This document shows, one piece after another, positions 39,934 through 49,385 of a stretch of 64,000 nucleotides of DNA. The stretch spans positions 96,001 to 160,000 of the forward strand of contig CAWANJ010000009.1 of the NCBI GenBank assembly GCA_963783385.1. Direction: 5' to 3'. The first letter of the stretch is position 1, and every line of letters starts with the position of its first letter. Below the pieces are notes generated by a model. That model worked only from the letters and a program-made list of their open reading frames with translations. It was not told where the DNA came from and did no database searches. Made by a program: the position numbers and the translations under genes. The stretch is from an uncultured Gemmatimonadales bacterium (GTDB taxonomy: Bacteria; Gemmatimonadota; Gemmatimonadetes; Palauibacterales; Palauibacteraceae).

Positions 39934-41940
39934 GTGTCAGAGCCGGAGGCTCCGGACGCTCGGGAGCTCGGGCTCGATGGGGAGGAGCGCGAGCTGGGGC
40001 TCGGCTGTCCGATCACGCGACGCGACTTCGTCGGTACCACCCTTCTGGGAGCCGGGGCGGGCCTCCTGGGCCTTCCGGCCCCGCTCGAGCGGGGCCGGGA
40101 AGGGGCCGGCCGCCAGTCCCGGACGACGTCCGCGGCCTCGGGCGGCAGCGCCGGGCCCGGAGACGCCTGGACCGGTTACCCCGGCGTCGGCGACTACGCC
40201 CGCTCCAACGGCAACACGTGGGACGTGGTCACGGCCGGCCACCGCATCCGCGACGGCGTGTTCGACGACCCCCCTCCGCATCCCATCGACACCGGGGAGA
40301 CGTACGACCTGGTGGTGGTCGGGGGTGGCATGAGCGGGCTGGCCGCCGCGCACCGCTTCCGGCGCGAGGCCTCGTCCGGCATGCGGTGCCTCTTGCTCGA
40401 GGACCATCCCGTGTTCGGAGGAGAGTCCAAGCGCAACGTCGTCGAGGTGGACGGCGAACGCCTGATCGCTCCCCAGGGCGCCAACCAGTTCGGCTATCCC
40501 CATCGGCCGGGCCCCGAGCTCACCATGTGCCGGGACGCGGGCGTGCCCACCATGGAGGCGCGGCGCTACCAGCAGTGGGCGGCGGGCGTGAAGCCGCTCG
40601 AGATCGCGCGCGAGAACTGGGAGTACATGCTGTGGAGCGATCTCACCCCGGCCATGGGCTTCTTCTTTGGAGGAGACTCCGGCGGTCGGTGGGTGCGCAA
40701 CATGTGGTCGGACGACCTGGCGGGGGCGCCCTACCCGGAGGCCGAGCGACGGGACCTGCTGCGGTGGAGGAAGGAGACCCGGAAGCCGAAGGAGTTCCCG
40801 GACCGGGATACCCTGGAGCGCTGGCTCGACACCATGACCTACCAGGAGTACCTGGAGGGAGTGCTGGGGCTCGGCCACGCGGTGTCGCGTTACGCCGACC
40901 CCATCCTGGCCTCGTACCTGGGCCTCGGCTGCAATGCGCTCTCCGCCTACATCGCCTACGAGACCGACATGCCGGGCTTCCAGATGTACACGGGGCCCTA
41001 CGACGCCCGCCGCATGACGGACGTGAACATCGACGCGTTCCCGGGTGGGAACGGGGCGGTGGCGCGCTGCGTCGTGAAGTACCTGGTGCCGGACGCCATC
41101 ACCGGCGGTCGTGACTTCGCCGAGGTCCACAACGGGCGCATCCGGTTCGAGGCGCTGGACCGGGACGGCCAGCCGGTGCGCATCCGGCTCGGCTCCACGG
41201 TGGTCCGGGTCGAGCACGAGGGCTCTCCCGCTTCGTCGAGCCGGGTGCGGGTGACCTACACGAACGGAGGCCGGGCCTATACGCTCCGGGCCCGGGCCGT
41301 CGTGATGGCTTCCAACGGCTGGACGGCCAAGCACGTCGTGCGCGACCTCCCGGACGCCTACCACCGGGCCTACGCCGCCTTCCCCCGCTCGCCCGTCCTC
41401 GTGGCCAACGTGGCCCTGCACGACTGGAAGCCCATGTACGACGCGGGCTACACGGCGTTCGAGTGGTTCGAGGGCTTCGGCTTCGCGGCCAACTTCCGGC
41501 GCTCCATGGTCGTGGGCGGCTATCACCCGCCACTCGATCCATCGCGACCCAAGGTCCTCACGCTGTATGTGCCGCTGTTCAAGCCGGGCCTGCCCCTGGA
41601 GGAACAGGGGAAGCAGGCTCGCTACGAGATGTTCGGCACCAGCTACCGTGGCTACGAGAAGATCATCCGCGGCCAGCTCGCGCGACTGTTCGGCGCCTGG
41701 GGCTTCGACCCCGCCCGCGACATCGCGGCGCTGGTCCTCAATCGCTGGGGGCACGCGTACGTGAATCCCGCCCCCGGATTCTTCTTCGGGCGCGACGGCG
41801 CCGACGCTCCGCGCGACGTCATCCGCCGCCGATTCGGTCGCATCGCGTTCGCCGGCGCAGAGCTGGGGGGGCACCAGCACGCCGGCGGGGCCATCCAGGA
41901 AGGATGGCGGGCGGCCGGCCAGTGTCTCGACACGATCTGA
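39934..41940 (+). CDS. FAD-dependent oxidoreductase, spermidine dehydrogenase (SpdH)-like
   Basis: CPITRRDF Tat-like motif; YDLVVVGGGMSGLAAA; FGGESKRN; FPGGNG; FDPARDI; NRWGHAY. Confidence 0.8.
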   Translation: MSEPEAPDARELGLDGEERELGLGCPITRRDFVGTTLLGAGAGLLGLPAPLERGREGAGRQSRTTSAASGGSAGPGDAWTGYPGVGDYARSNGNTWDVVTAGHRIRDGVFDDPPPHPIDTGETYDLVVVGGGMSGLAAAHRFRREASSGMRCLLLEDHPVFGGESKRNVVEVDGERLIAPQGANQFGYPHRPGPELTMCRDAGVPTMEARRYQQWAAGVKPLEIARENWEYMLWSDLTPAMGFFFGGDSGGRWVRNMWSDDLAGAPYPEAERRDLLRWRKETRKPKEFPDRDTLERWLDTMTYQEYLEGVLGLGHAVSRYADPILASYLGLGCNALSAYIAYETDMPGFQMYTGPYDARRMTDVNIDAFPGGNGAVARCVVKYLVPDAITGGRDFAEVHNGRIRFEALDRDGQPVRIRLGSTVVRVEHEGSPASSSRVRVTYTNGGRAYTLRARAVVMASNGWTAKHVVRDLPDAYHRAYAAFPRSPVLVANVALHDWKPMYDAGYTAFEWFEGFGFAANFRRSMVVGGYHPPLDPSRPKVLTLYVPLFKPGLPLEEQGKQARYEMFGTSYRGYEKIIRGQLARLFGAWGFDPARDIAALVLNRWGHAYVNPAPGFFFGRDGADAPRDVIRRRFGRIAFAGAELGGHQHAGGAIQEGWRAAGQCLDTI

Positions 41941-41956
41941 TACGGGAGAGAACCGC

Positions 41957-43798
41957 ATGAGCCAGGAACCCCACGGGGGCGGCGTCCGCCCCCACTTTAC
42001 GATCCCCGCCGGCCTCGTGGCCGTCCTGCTCCTCGTCGTCCTGGTCGGGGTGGCGCTGCGGCGCGGCCCGGCCATCGCCCGGGCCGAGACCCCGGCCGAC
42101 CCCGCTGCGGCATCGGCCGACGGATCCGGGTCGGCAGCGGCCACCGGCGCGCCCTCGCGGGCGGCCTCCGGGCTCAAGTTCGAGATCTCCTTCCCGGCGT
42201 CCCTCACCCGTGAGGCTCAGACCGGGCACATCATCCTGATCATCTCGAACGACTCGAGCGCCGAGCCCCGCTTCCAGTACCACGTGTACCGGCCCAACGT
42301 GCAGCCGGGCTTCGGGCTGGACGTGGACGGCCTGAAGCCGGGACAGACGGCCGTCATCGACGGGAAGGTGTTCGGCTGGCCGCTGGAGAGCGTGAACGAT
42401 CTGCCGGCGGGGAACTACCGGGTGCAGGCCATCCTCAACCGGTACGAGGAGTACCACCGGGCCGACGGCCCCACGGTGTGGCTGCCGCCCAACAAGGGCG
42501 AGGGTCAGCACTGGTTCTCCAAGCCGGGCAACTTCTACAACGAGCCCGTCTCGGTCCACCTGGATCCGGCCTCGGGGCAGACCGTGAAGCTCAGCCTCGA
42601 CCAGGAGATCCCGCCGATCCCGGCGCCGAAGGACACGAAGTGGGTCAAGTACGTCCGCATCAAGAGCGACCTGCTGTCCAGGTTCTGGGGTCGTCCCATG
42701 TACCTGGGAGCCATCGTCCTCCTGCCGGCCGGGTTCGACGATCACCCGGACGCCCACTATCCGCTGGCGGTCGATCAGGGCCACTGGCCGACCGGGTTCG
42801 GCGAGTTCAGCCCGCATCCGCCCACGCCTGGCGAGTCCCGTGGGGACAGCATCCGCACCGCCTACGCCTACGACCTGTACAAGCGCTGGACGGGCCCGAA
42901 CTTCCCGCGCATGCTGGTCATGAAGATCCGCCATGCCAACCAGTACTACAATGACTCTTACGCGGTGAACTCGGAGAACCTGGGACCGTGGGGCGACGCG
43001 ATCGTCAAGGAGCTCATTCCCTACGTCGAGAAGAAGTTCCGGGGCATCGGCCAGGGCTGGGCCCGCACGCTGTACGGCGGCTCGACCGGAGGCTGGGAGA
43101 CGCTGGCGGACCAGGTGTTCTACCCGGACGACTTCAACGGGGCGTGGAGTTTCTGCCCGGATCCGGTCGACTTCCGCCAGTACGAGACGATCAACGTCTA
43201 CGACGATACGAGCGCCTTCTACTTCAACGCCGACTGGAAGAAGACGCCGCAGCCCTCGGGGCGGAACTACCTGGGCCACCTCCTGACCACGGTGGGGAAC
43301 GACAACCACTGGGAGTACGTCCAGGGCCGGAAGGACCGCTCGAGCGAGCAGTGGGACATCTGGGAGTCGGTGTTCGGACCGGTCGGGAAGGATGGCTACC
43401 CGCAGCGCATCTACGACAAGCTCACCGGCCACATCAACCCGCAGGTGGCCGAGTACTGGAAGGAGCACTACGACCTCCGGTTCATCCTCCAGCGCGATTG
43501 GAAGACGCTGGGTCCCAGGCTCGTGGGGAAGATCCACATCTACGCCGGCACCATGGACAGCTGGCACCTGAACAACGCCGTCTACCTGATGCAGGACTTC
43601 CTGGACACCACGAAGGATCCCTACTACGCCGGCTCCATCGAGTACGGGGACCGCTACGAGCACTGCTGGACCGGCGACTCCCAGCACTCGCTCCGAGTCG
43701 GGTCCATGACCGTGGACCGGCGATTCCTGCCCGTGATGGCGCGTCACATCATCGACACGGCCCCGGTGGGCGCGGACACGGTGAGCTGGAGGTACTAG
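41957..43798 (+). CDS. Exported putative esterase (alpha/beta hydrolase) with N-terminal beta domain
   Basis: N-terminal hydrophobic segment; SDLLSRFWGR, NSENLGPWG, GGSTGG nucleophile motif. Confidence 0.8.
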   Translation: MSQEPHGGGVRPHFTIPAGLVAVLLLVVLVGVALRRGPAIARAETPADPAAASADGSGSAAATGAPSRAASGLKFEISFPASLTREAQTGHIILIISNDSSAEPRFQYHVYRPNVQPGFGLDVDGLKPGQTAVIDGKVFGWPLESVNDLPAGNYRVQAILNRYEEYHRADGPTVWLPPNKGEGQHWFSKPGNFYNEPVSVHLDPASGQTVKLSLDQEIPPIPAPKDTKWVKYVRIKSDLLSRFWGRPMYLGAIVLLPAGFDDHPDAHYPLAVDQGHWPTGFGEFSPHPPTPGESRGDSIRTAYAYDLYKRWTGPNFPRMLVMKIRHANQYYNDSYAVNSENLGPWGDAIVKELIPYVEKKFRGIGQGWARTLYGGSTGGWETLADQVFYPDDFNGAWSFCPDPVDFRQYETINVYDDTSAFYFNADWKKTPQPSGRNYLGHLLTTVGNDNHWEYVQGRKDRSSEQWDIWESVFGPVGKDGYPQRIYDKLTGHINPQVAEYWKEHYDLRFILQRDWKTLGPRLVGKIHIYAGTMDSWHLNNAVYLMQDFLDTTKDPYYAGSIEYGDRYEHCWTGDSQHSLRVGSMTVDRRFLPVMARHIIDTAPVGADTVSWRY

Positions 43799-43844
43799 GC
43801 TCGCGACGGACGCGCCGCCTACGGGCGCGATCGGGGACGTCGAC

Positions 43845-43868
43845 AGGGGCCGCCCGCGGGCGGCCCCT
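43845..43868. terminator. Perfect 24-bp palindrome between convergent genes, probable bidirectional terminator
   Basis: AGGGGCCGCCCGCGGGCGGCCCCT equals its own reverse complement. Confidence 0.55.
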
Positions 43869-43888
43869 TCGCGCATCGGGGCCCGGCG

Positions 43889-45826
43889 TCAGCCGCCCGC
43901 CGCCTCCTCGACGACGGGCAGGGTGATCCGGGAGGGATAGGTGGCCGAGCGGTACACCCGCTGGGTGGCCTTCCGGAAGTCGGCGTCGGTGGCCTCGAAG
44001 ATGTTGGGCACCCAGGTCTGCGGGTTGCGGTCGATGACCGGGAACCAGGTGCTCTGCACCTGCACCATGATCCGGTGCCCCTCGAGGAAGGTGTGGTCGG
44101 TGTCCAGGAGGTCTACGCGATAGGGGGTGACCTTCCCGGGGACCACCCGCTCGGGATGCTCGTAGCCGCTGCGGAACCGGGCCCGGAGCACGTTCTTGGC
44201 CACCATGAGCTCGTAGCCGCCCATGGCGGGCCGGTCCGGCACCTTGCCCGGGTAGACGTCGATGAGCTTCACCACCCAGTCGGCGCCGCCGCCCGAGGTG
44301 GAGGCGAACAGGTGGGCGACCACGTTGCCGGCCACGGTGACGTCGTGCTCCAGGGGCGGGGTCTCCCAGACGAGGACGTCGGGGCGGCCGTCGACGAAGC
44401 GCTGGTCCTGGACGAGCCACGTGGACCAGCCCGAGCCGGTGGGGTCGTAGGTGGGCTCGATGGGCCGGCGCCGGTAGGGGACCGGGTGGGCCGGGTCGGA
44501 GACGTACGCGTCGAAGGGAGGGGCGCCGGCCTCGGCGCCGGTGTGTCCCGCGGCCGGGGGTGGGTCGAAGGAGGCGGCGGCGCCGGCGCCCAGGTAGAGG
44601 TCGCGATCGGTCACCCCCTTCCGCGGCGGCCACTCCGACCACGTCCGCCACCGGTTCGAGCCCGTCTCGAAGGTCACGGCTCCCGGCAGGGGGCCCGCCC
44701 CCGGAGGGGCGTCTTTCAGGAGCCGATGGAACCACGGGGCCTGGATCTCGCGGCGGAAATGCTCGCCGGTGGGGCTCCCGAACCGGATGGCGCCCAGGCT
44801 GTCGCCCGGCCCGCTCGACCAGCCCCCATGCCGCCAGGGCCCCACCACCAGCGCGTTGATCCCGGTGGAGTCCGTCCGCTCCAGGGCCTTGTAGATGGTG
44901 ACCGGTCCGTAGAAGTCCTCCTGGTCCCACCACCCGGCCACGCTCAGCGTCGGCACCGTCACGCCGCGCAGGTAGGTGACGACGGCCTGTTCCCTCCAGT
45001 GCTCGTCGTAGTCGGGGTGGTGGACGAAGTCCTCCCAGGTGGGGATCGTGCCGTGCAGGTAGCGCTCGTTCACGTGTGAGAGGGCGCCCAGCTCCAGGTA
45101 CCAGCCGTACGTGTCGTGCACGGGGAACCGGAACTGGGTCGTCTCCTTCCCGGTCTCCATCATGGCCGCGTACTCGAAGCCGTAGCTCAGCCGGAAGGCG
45201 CCGCCGTGGTGGAAGTCGTCCCCGATGAAGTCGTCGGCGGGGGAGGCCTGCGGCGAGGCGGCCTTCAGGGCCGGGTGCGGGTGGAGGGTGGCCATGACCG
45301 TGAGCCAGCCCCCGTAGGAGATTCCCAGCATGCCGACCCGGCCGTTGTTGCCGGGCACGTGGTGGACGAGCCAGTCGATCGTGTCCCAGGTGTCGGTCCC
45401 CTCGTCGACGCAGGTCGAGCCGGCCGATGCGGGGCAGGGCGGCCGCTGCATGACGAAGTGCCCGCCCGACCCGAAGCGCCCCCGGATGTCCTGGAACGCG
45501 AAGATGTAGCCGTCCTCGGCCATGGCCCGCAGATAGGACCGGAAGTTCCGCTCGGCGTGACCGACACCATACGGCGTGCGGAGGAGGACGATGGGCAGGG
45601 GGGCGTCCTGCTCGGAGGGCCGGAAGATCACGGTGTGGAGGCGGATGGAGTCCCGCACCGGGATCATGGCTTCGTGCTTCTCGTAGCGGGCGAGGACGGA
45701 GGGCGGCCCTTCGGGCTGCTGAGCCCGAATCCCGGCGGCGGGCCAGGCGGCCAGCGAGGCCAGGCCGATGAGCAGGGGGAGGGACGCTGTCGGGCGCCGG
45801 CGCTGAACGGTCGTTCGGATCGTCAA
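43889..45826 (-). CDS. CocE/NonD family hydrolase (S15; alpha-amino acid ester hydrolase-like)
   Basis: RTPYG, QDIRGRFGSGG, GISYGG, GWWDQED, GPWRHG, QSTWFP.IDRNPQ. TTG start after GGAGG. Confidence 0.9.
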   Translation of the reverse strand: MTIRTTVQRRRPTASLPLLIGLASLAAWPAAGIRAQQPEGPPSVLARYEKHEAMIPVRDSIRLHTVIFRPSEQDAPLPIVLLRTPYGVGHAERNFRSYLRAMAEDGYIFAFQDIRGRFGSGGHFVMQRPPCPASAGSTCVDEGTDTWDTIDWLVHHVPGNNGRVGMLGISYGGWLTVMATLHPHPALKAASPQASPADDFIGDDFHHGGAFRLSYGFEYAAMMETGKETTQFRFPVHDTYGWYLELGALSHVNERYLHGTIPTWEDFVHHPDYDEHWREQAVVTYLRGVTVPTLSVAGWWDQEDFYGPVTIYKALERTDSTGINALVVGPWRHGGWSSGPGDSLGAIRFGSPTGEHFRREIQAPWFHRLLKDAPPGAGPLPGAVTFETGSNRWRTWSEWPPRKGVTDRDLYLGAGAAASFDPPPAAGHTGAEAGAPPFDAYVSDPAHPVPYRRRPIEPTYDPTGSGWSTWLVQDQRFVDGRPDVLVWETPPLEHDVTVAGNVVAHLFASTSGGGADWVVKLIDVYPGKVPDRPAMGGYELMVAKNVLRARFRSGYEHPERVVPGKVTPYRVDLLDTDHTFLEGHRIMVQVQSTWFPVIDRNPQTWVPNIFEATDADFRKATQRVYRSATYPSRITLPVVEEAAGG

Positions 45827-46101
45827 GAGAGTCTCTTCCTCCGCGCGCGTGGGCGGGCCTCGGCCGGTACGATCCGATCCTACCGGCCGCGAGCGGGATC
45901 GACAAGCGACACCCGTCGGTCTCGGGGACCCTGACGCCGCCCGACGTGCTCCGAGACCGACTCGCACGCCTCGAGGCCCGGGCCACGGCACGGCCCCGCG
46001 GATCGCAACGTCCGTCGCGTCCTGCGCGACCCGAAGATCCGAGCTTGCACGCGACCCGCCGTAAGTCCCTCCATCTCCACCACATCGATACCCAGGACCC
46101 G

Positions 46102-46117
46102 GGGCACGGCCCTTGAT
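46102..46117 (+). promoter_or_regulatory. Sigma54-like -24/-12 element (GGGCACGGCCCTTGAT), with GA at -12
   Basis: GG 46103 and GA 46115 are 12 nt apart; mirrors 5718-5733. Confidence 0.4.
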
Positions 46118-46178
46118 ACGGGAGGGGTCGCGCACTGGGTCCGACCCGGACCTCCGGGCGCGAGAGCAGCTCGAGCCC

Positions 46179-48530
46179 ATGGAAGCACACATGCCCACGC
46201 CGCGACACAGGTTGCTCCTCGCCGCGGCCCTTCCGATCCTGGTGGGGTGCGGGGGCCGTGCGCCCACGGGCCCCGCGAGTCCCGGGACGACCGTGGCCAG
46301 CCTGCGCGTGACGCCGGACACCGCGGACGTGATCGGGACCGGGGACACCTTGCGGCTCTCCGCTCGCGCGGAGGACGCGCTGGGTCAGCCGGTTCCCTAC
46401 ACCGGGGGGGTGCGGTGGAGCGTGTCGGACTCGGGCGTGGCTTCGATCGACACGGAGGGGCTCGTGACCGCGGCCCGAACGGGCGTCACCACGGTGACGG
46501 CGACGGGGGAGTCCGGGCTGTCGGGCGAGGCGACCGTCAGGGTGTTCGCCTCCGGCCCCCCGAGCATCACTTCCGTGAGCCCCCTTCCGCTACGCGAGGG
46601 CGCCGAGGCCGTCGTCCTCGGGAGCGGGTTTCGGCCGCAGCTCTCCGATGACTCGGTCACCGTGGACGGCGTGCCCGCCCGGGTCCTGGCGGCGGCTCCG
46701 GGCTCCCTGAGCATACGGGTCCCGACGTACGGTTGCCGGCCGTCCCGGACGGTGGCCGTGGAGGTGCGCACGTCCTTCGATCCGCCGGCCAGCGCCGACG
46801 TGCGGCTCCAGGGCGGCGGGACGAACGTGTCGCTCGACGTCGGAGGCCGTCTGCTGGTCCAGGACTCCGGCGCCTTCTGCCTGCAGTTCGCGGCGAGATC
46901 CGATTCGGACGGTTACCTGTTGGGAGTGCAGGCGACGGCCCCATCGGCGTCGGCCCTGGTCCCGGACGCGCTGACCGCGGTGACGGTCACCTCCGTCCCC
47001 GCTCCGTCCGCTGTCGCGGCCGCCGCCTCGATGGCGGCCGTGACCCCCGGCCCGCGATTCGACCGCCACGAGGGCGGTCACCACCACGATGATGACCCGC
47101 AGCCGGCTGCGAGCGACGCGGAGCGCGCGGCCCAGGCGGCCGCGGAGACGCGCCTGGACGCGTGGAGCCGGGAGAACCTGGACCCCGCCGCGTCGATCCC
47201 CGCCCGTCGCGCTTCGGCGGCGCGCCGTGCGTCACGCCTCGAGCGGATCCGCCCCGCCATGCTGGGCAACGGGCCGAGCGTCGGGGATACCCTCACCCTG
47301 CGGGTGCCGGATGGCCGTGCGTCGAACCCGTGCACCACGTTCACCACCATCCGAGCGGTCGTCCGGGTCCTGGGCACGGGCGCGATCCTGGCCGAGGACG
47401 TGGCGAATCCCGCCGGCGGAATGACCCTGTCTCAGTACCAGACGCTGAGCGACCGCCTGGACGGCCCCATCCTCGCCACCCTGGCGGATTACTTCGGCCG
47501 ACCGCCCGACATCGATGGCAACGGCCGGGTCATCGCGGTGTTCACCCGGGAGGTGAACCGCACCTGGTCGGGAGCCACCGCGTTCGTGTTCGGAGGGGAC
47601 TTCTACCCCCGGTCGGACTCGGCCGGGGCCTTCTCCTGTCCGTCCAGCGACGAGGGCGAGGTGTACTACTCGCGCGCTCCGGACCCGACCGGCGTGTACG
47701 GAACGCCCGTGACCGCGGCCTCCCTTCGCGCGCGCGCGCCCCTGATCATGGCGCACGAGATCACCCACATCATCCAGCAAGGTCACCGGTTCTCGGCGGC
47801 GGCGCCGTGGATGGCGTCGTGGATGATGGAAGGGCAGGCGGTCCTGGCGCAGGAGGTCGTGGGCCACGCCGTGATGGGGAACGCCCCCGGCCAGGACTAC
47901 GGACTGCAGGTCGCCTACAGCCACGATGCCGACGGGACCTACTGGTACCGCGAGCCCTTCCAGGGTCTATCGGACTACTTCGGGTACGTGAGCTCGGCCA
48001 GCCGGATACCGGATGCGCCGGCGGCTTGCGGCTGGTTGATCAGCGATCCTTCGCCCTGCGACGGGGCCCCGGCCTGGTACGCCGCCGGCTGGGCCTTTCT
48101 CCGGTGGCTCTCCGACCGGTTCGGCCCGGAGCTCGGAGGCGAACGTGCCCTCCAGCGTGCACTCATCGACGGCGACGCCTCGGGTTTCGCCAACGTCGAG
48201 GCCGTGGTGGGCCGGCCCTGGCGGGAGCTCCTGGCCGACTGGGCCGCCGCGCTCTACCTGGATGATCGCGTGCCGGCGGTCGGGCCCGACCTCGGCCTCG
48301 CCAGTTGGGACCTGCACGGGATCTTCGACGCCTACGGGATCAACACCGGCCTGCAGCCCGTGGAGGAGGGCTTCGGCGACTGGACGGTGAGCCAGGACAT
48401 CCGCTCCGCCTCTTCGGCCTACTTCGAGATGACGGGTCCGGGTCATCCCGGAACGGCGGTGCGCATCGGAGGTGCGTCGGGCGGCGCCCTGCCGCCGGGC
48501 CTGCAGGTGTGGGTCGTGCGGCTGCGCTGA
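46179..48530 (+). CDS. Lipoprotein: Big_2, IPT/TIG and HExxH metallopeptidase domains; paralogue of 5796-8384
   Basis: Lipobox LVGC; HEITH; many blocks shared with the paralogue. Start may be 46191. Confidence 0.8.
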   Translation: MEAHMPTPRHRLLLAAALPILVGCGGRAPTGPASPGTTVASLRVTPDTADVIGTGDTLRLSARAEDALGQPVPYTGGVRWSVSDSGVASIDTEGLVTAARTGVTTVTATGESGLSGEATVRVFASGPPSITSVSPLPLREGAEAVVLGSGFRPQLSDDSVTVDGVPARVLAAAPGSLSIRVPTYGCRPSRTVAVEVRTSFDPPASADVRLQGGGTNVSLDVGGRLLVQDSGAFCLQFAARSDSDGYLLGVQATAPSASALVPDALTAVTVTSVPAPSAVAAAASMAAVTPGPRFDRHEGGHHHDDDPQPAASDAERAAQAAAETRLDAWSRENLDPAASIPARRASAARRASRLERIRPAMLGNGPSVGDTLTLRVPDGRASNPCTTFTTIRAVVRVLGTGAILAEDVANPAGGMTLSQYQTLSDRLDGPILATLADYFGRPPDIDGNGRVIAVFTREVNRTWSGATAFVFGGDFYPRSDSAGAFSCPSSDEGEVYYSRAPDPTGVYGTPVTAASLRARAPLIMAHEITHIIQQGHRFSAAAPWMASWMMEGQAVLAQEVVGHAVMGNAPGQDYGLQVAYSHDADGTYWYREPFQGLSDYFGYVSSASRIPDAPAACGWLISDPSPCDGAPAWYAAGWAFLRWLSDRFGPELGGERALQRALIDGDASGFANVEAVVGRPWRELLADWAAALYLDDRVPAVGPDLGLASWDLHGIFDAYGINTGLQPVEEGFGDWTVSQDIRSASSAYFEMTGPGHPGTAVRIGGASGGALPPGLQVWVVRLR

Positions 48531-48538
48531 ACGGCCTT

Positions 48539-49159
48539 CTAGGACTCTCCGGAGGCGCTCGAGGCCAGCTCTTCGATCAGGCGCTCCGACAGGGGGAGCA
48601 GAGGGCCCTCGAGGGCATCGCGCAGGAGGCCGGCGGCCTCGCGCGTGAGGCTGTCGGGATACTCCCGGTCGGCGGTGAAGCGCACCACGTTCCCGGCGTG
48701 GAGCGCCGCGAGCTGGCCCTCGTGTCCCTCTCCGGCGGCATTCGCGTCGCCACCGGCGGCCCCGAGGTCGGGCTCGTCCTCCAGGCTGGCTCGCCAGTCC
48801 TCGTCCTCCGAGGGGGATGTGCCTTCGCCCTGGAGCTCCGAGAGCGCGACCGGAGGAAGGAGCACCAGCAGCTGGCCCACAATTCCGGGGTACTCCTCGA
48901 CGCAGCTCAGGCCGACCTGTCGAGGTTCTATGAACAGGTGTCGCAGCCGGTCCAGGGAGCCTTCCACGGCCGCGAACTGTCCGATCGGAACGCCCGTATC
49001 CTTCCGGAGGATCTGGACCGACACCGTCCCCTCCGGGACCGGGCGGCCGGGGTCGAGATCGGTGTCCAGGGCGATGCGGTTGCGGGTCCCGACGAACACC
49101 ACCTCGGGATCGCCCCGTCCGGTGCGGATGTCCCGCGCGTCCCTGTGGGTGGGATCCAT
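48539..49159 (-). CDS. Acidic hypothetical protein
   Basis: Globular-looking composition and host-like codons; ATG at 49159 with GGAGG upstream. Confidence 0.65.
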   Translation of the reverse strand: MDPTHRDARDIRTGRGDPEVVFVGTRNRIALDTDLDPGRPVPEGTVSVQILRKDTGVPIGQFAAVEGSLDRLRHLFIEPRQVGLSCVEEYPGIVGQLLVLLPPVALSELQGEGTSPSEDEDWRASLEDEPDLGAAGGDANAAGEGHEGQLAALHAGNVVRFTADREYPDSLTREAAGLLRDALEGPLLPLSERLIEELASSASGES

Positions 49160-49249
49160 GTACGTTCGGCCCAAGTTGCCTCCGTCGTCCGCCTGGTGGT
49201 GCGATTCGAACGGGAGGTACACCGACGTGGGCGCGAGGTGCGGATACAA

Positions 49250-49286
49250 CGAAGAAGAGGGGGACGACCCTCGGCCGTCCCCCTCT
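49250..49286 (-). terminator. Intrinsic terminator
   Basis: 11-bp stem AGAGGGGGACG / CGTCCCCCTCT (49256-49266, 49276-49286) followed on the - strand by TCTTCGTTGT. Confidence 0.65.
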
Positions 49287-49322
49287 CCCGTGGAGCCTTT
49301 CGGCCCTGTGGATCTCGCTTCG

Positions 49323-49385
49323 TCAGCCGACCCGCTTCACGAAGAGCAGCTCGGGGCGCCGTCCGTTCCATCGTCGATAGAGCAT
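49323..49385 (-). CDS. Candidate 20-aa small protein MLYRRWNGRRPELLFVKRVG
   Basis: AAAAAGGAG RBS 8 nt before the ATG; terminator just downstream. Below the ORF-track length cut-off. Confidence 0.5.
   Translation of the reverse strand: MLYRRWNGRRPELLFVKRVG

Noticed and set aside
45861-45961. Two hairpins in the cocE / metalloprotease divergent intergenic region as an ncRNA or MITE
   Set aside because: Single copy, no target-site duplication and no recognisable RNA family; such stems are common at this GC.
49192-49217. tRNA 3'-end or att-like word (GTTCGAATCGCACCACCA on the - strand)
   Set aside because: The T-stem pairs only 2 bp, there is no acceptor stem and no integrase nearby.
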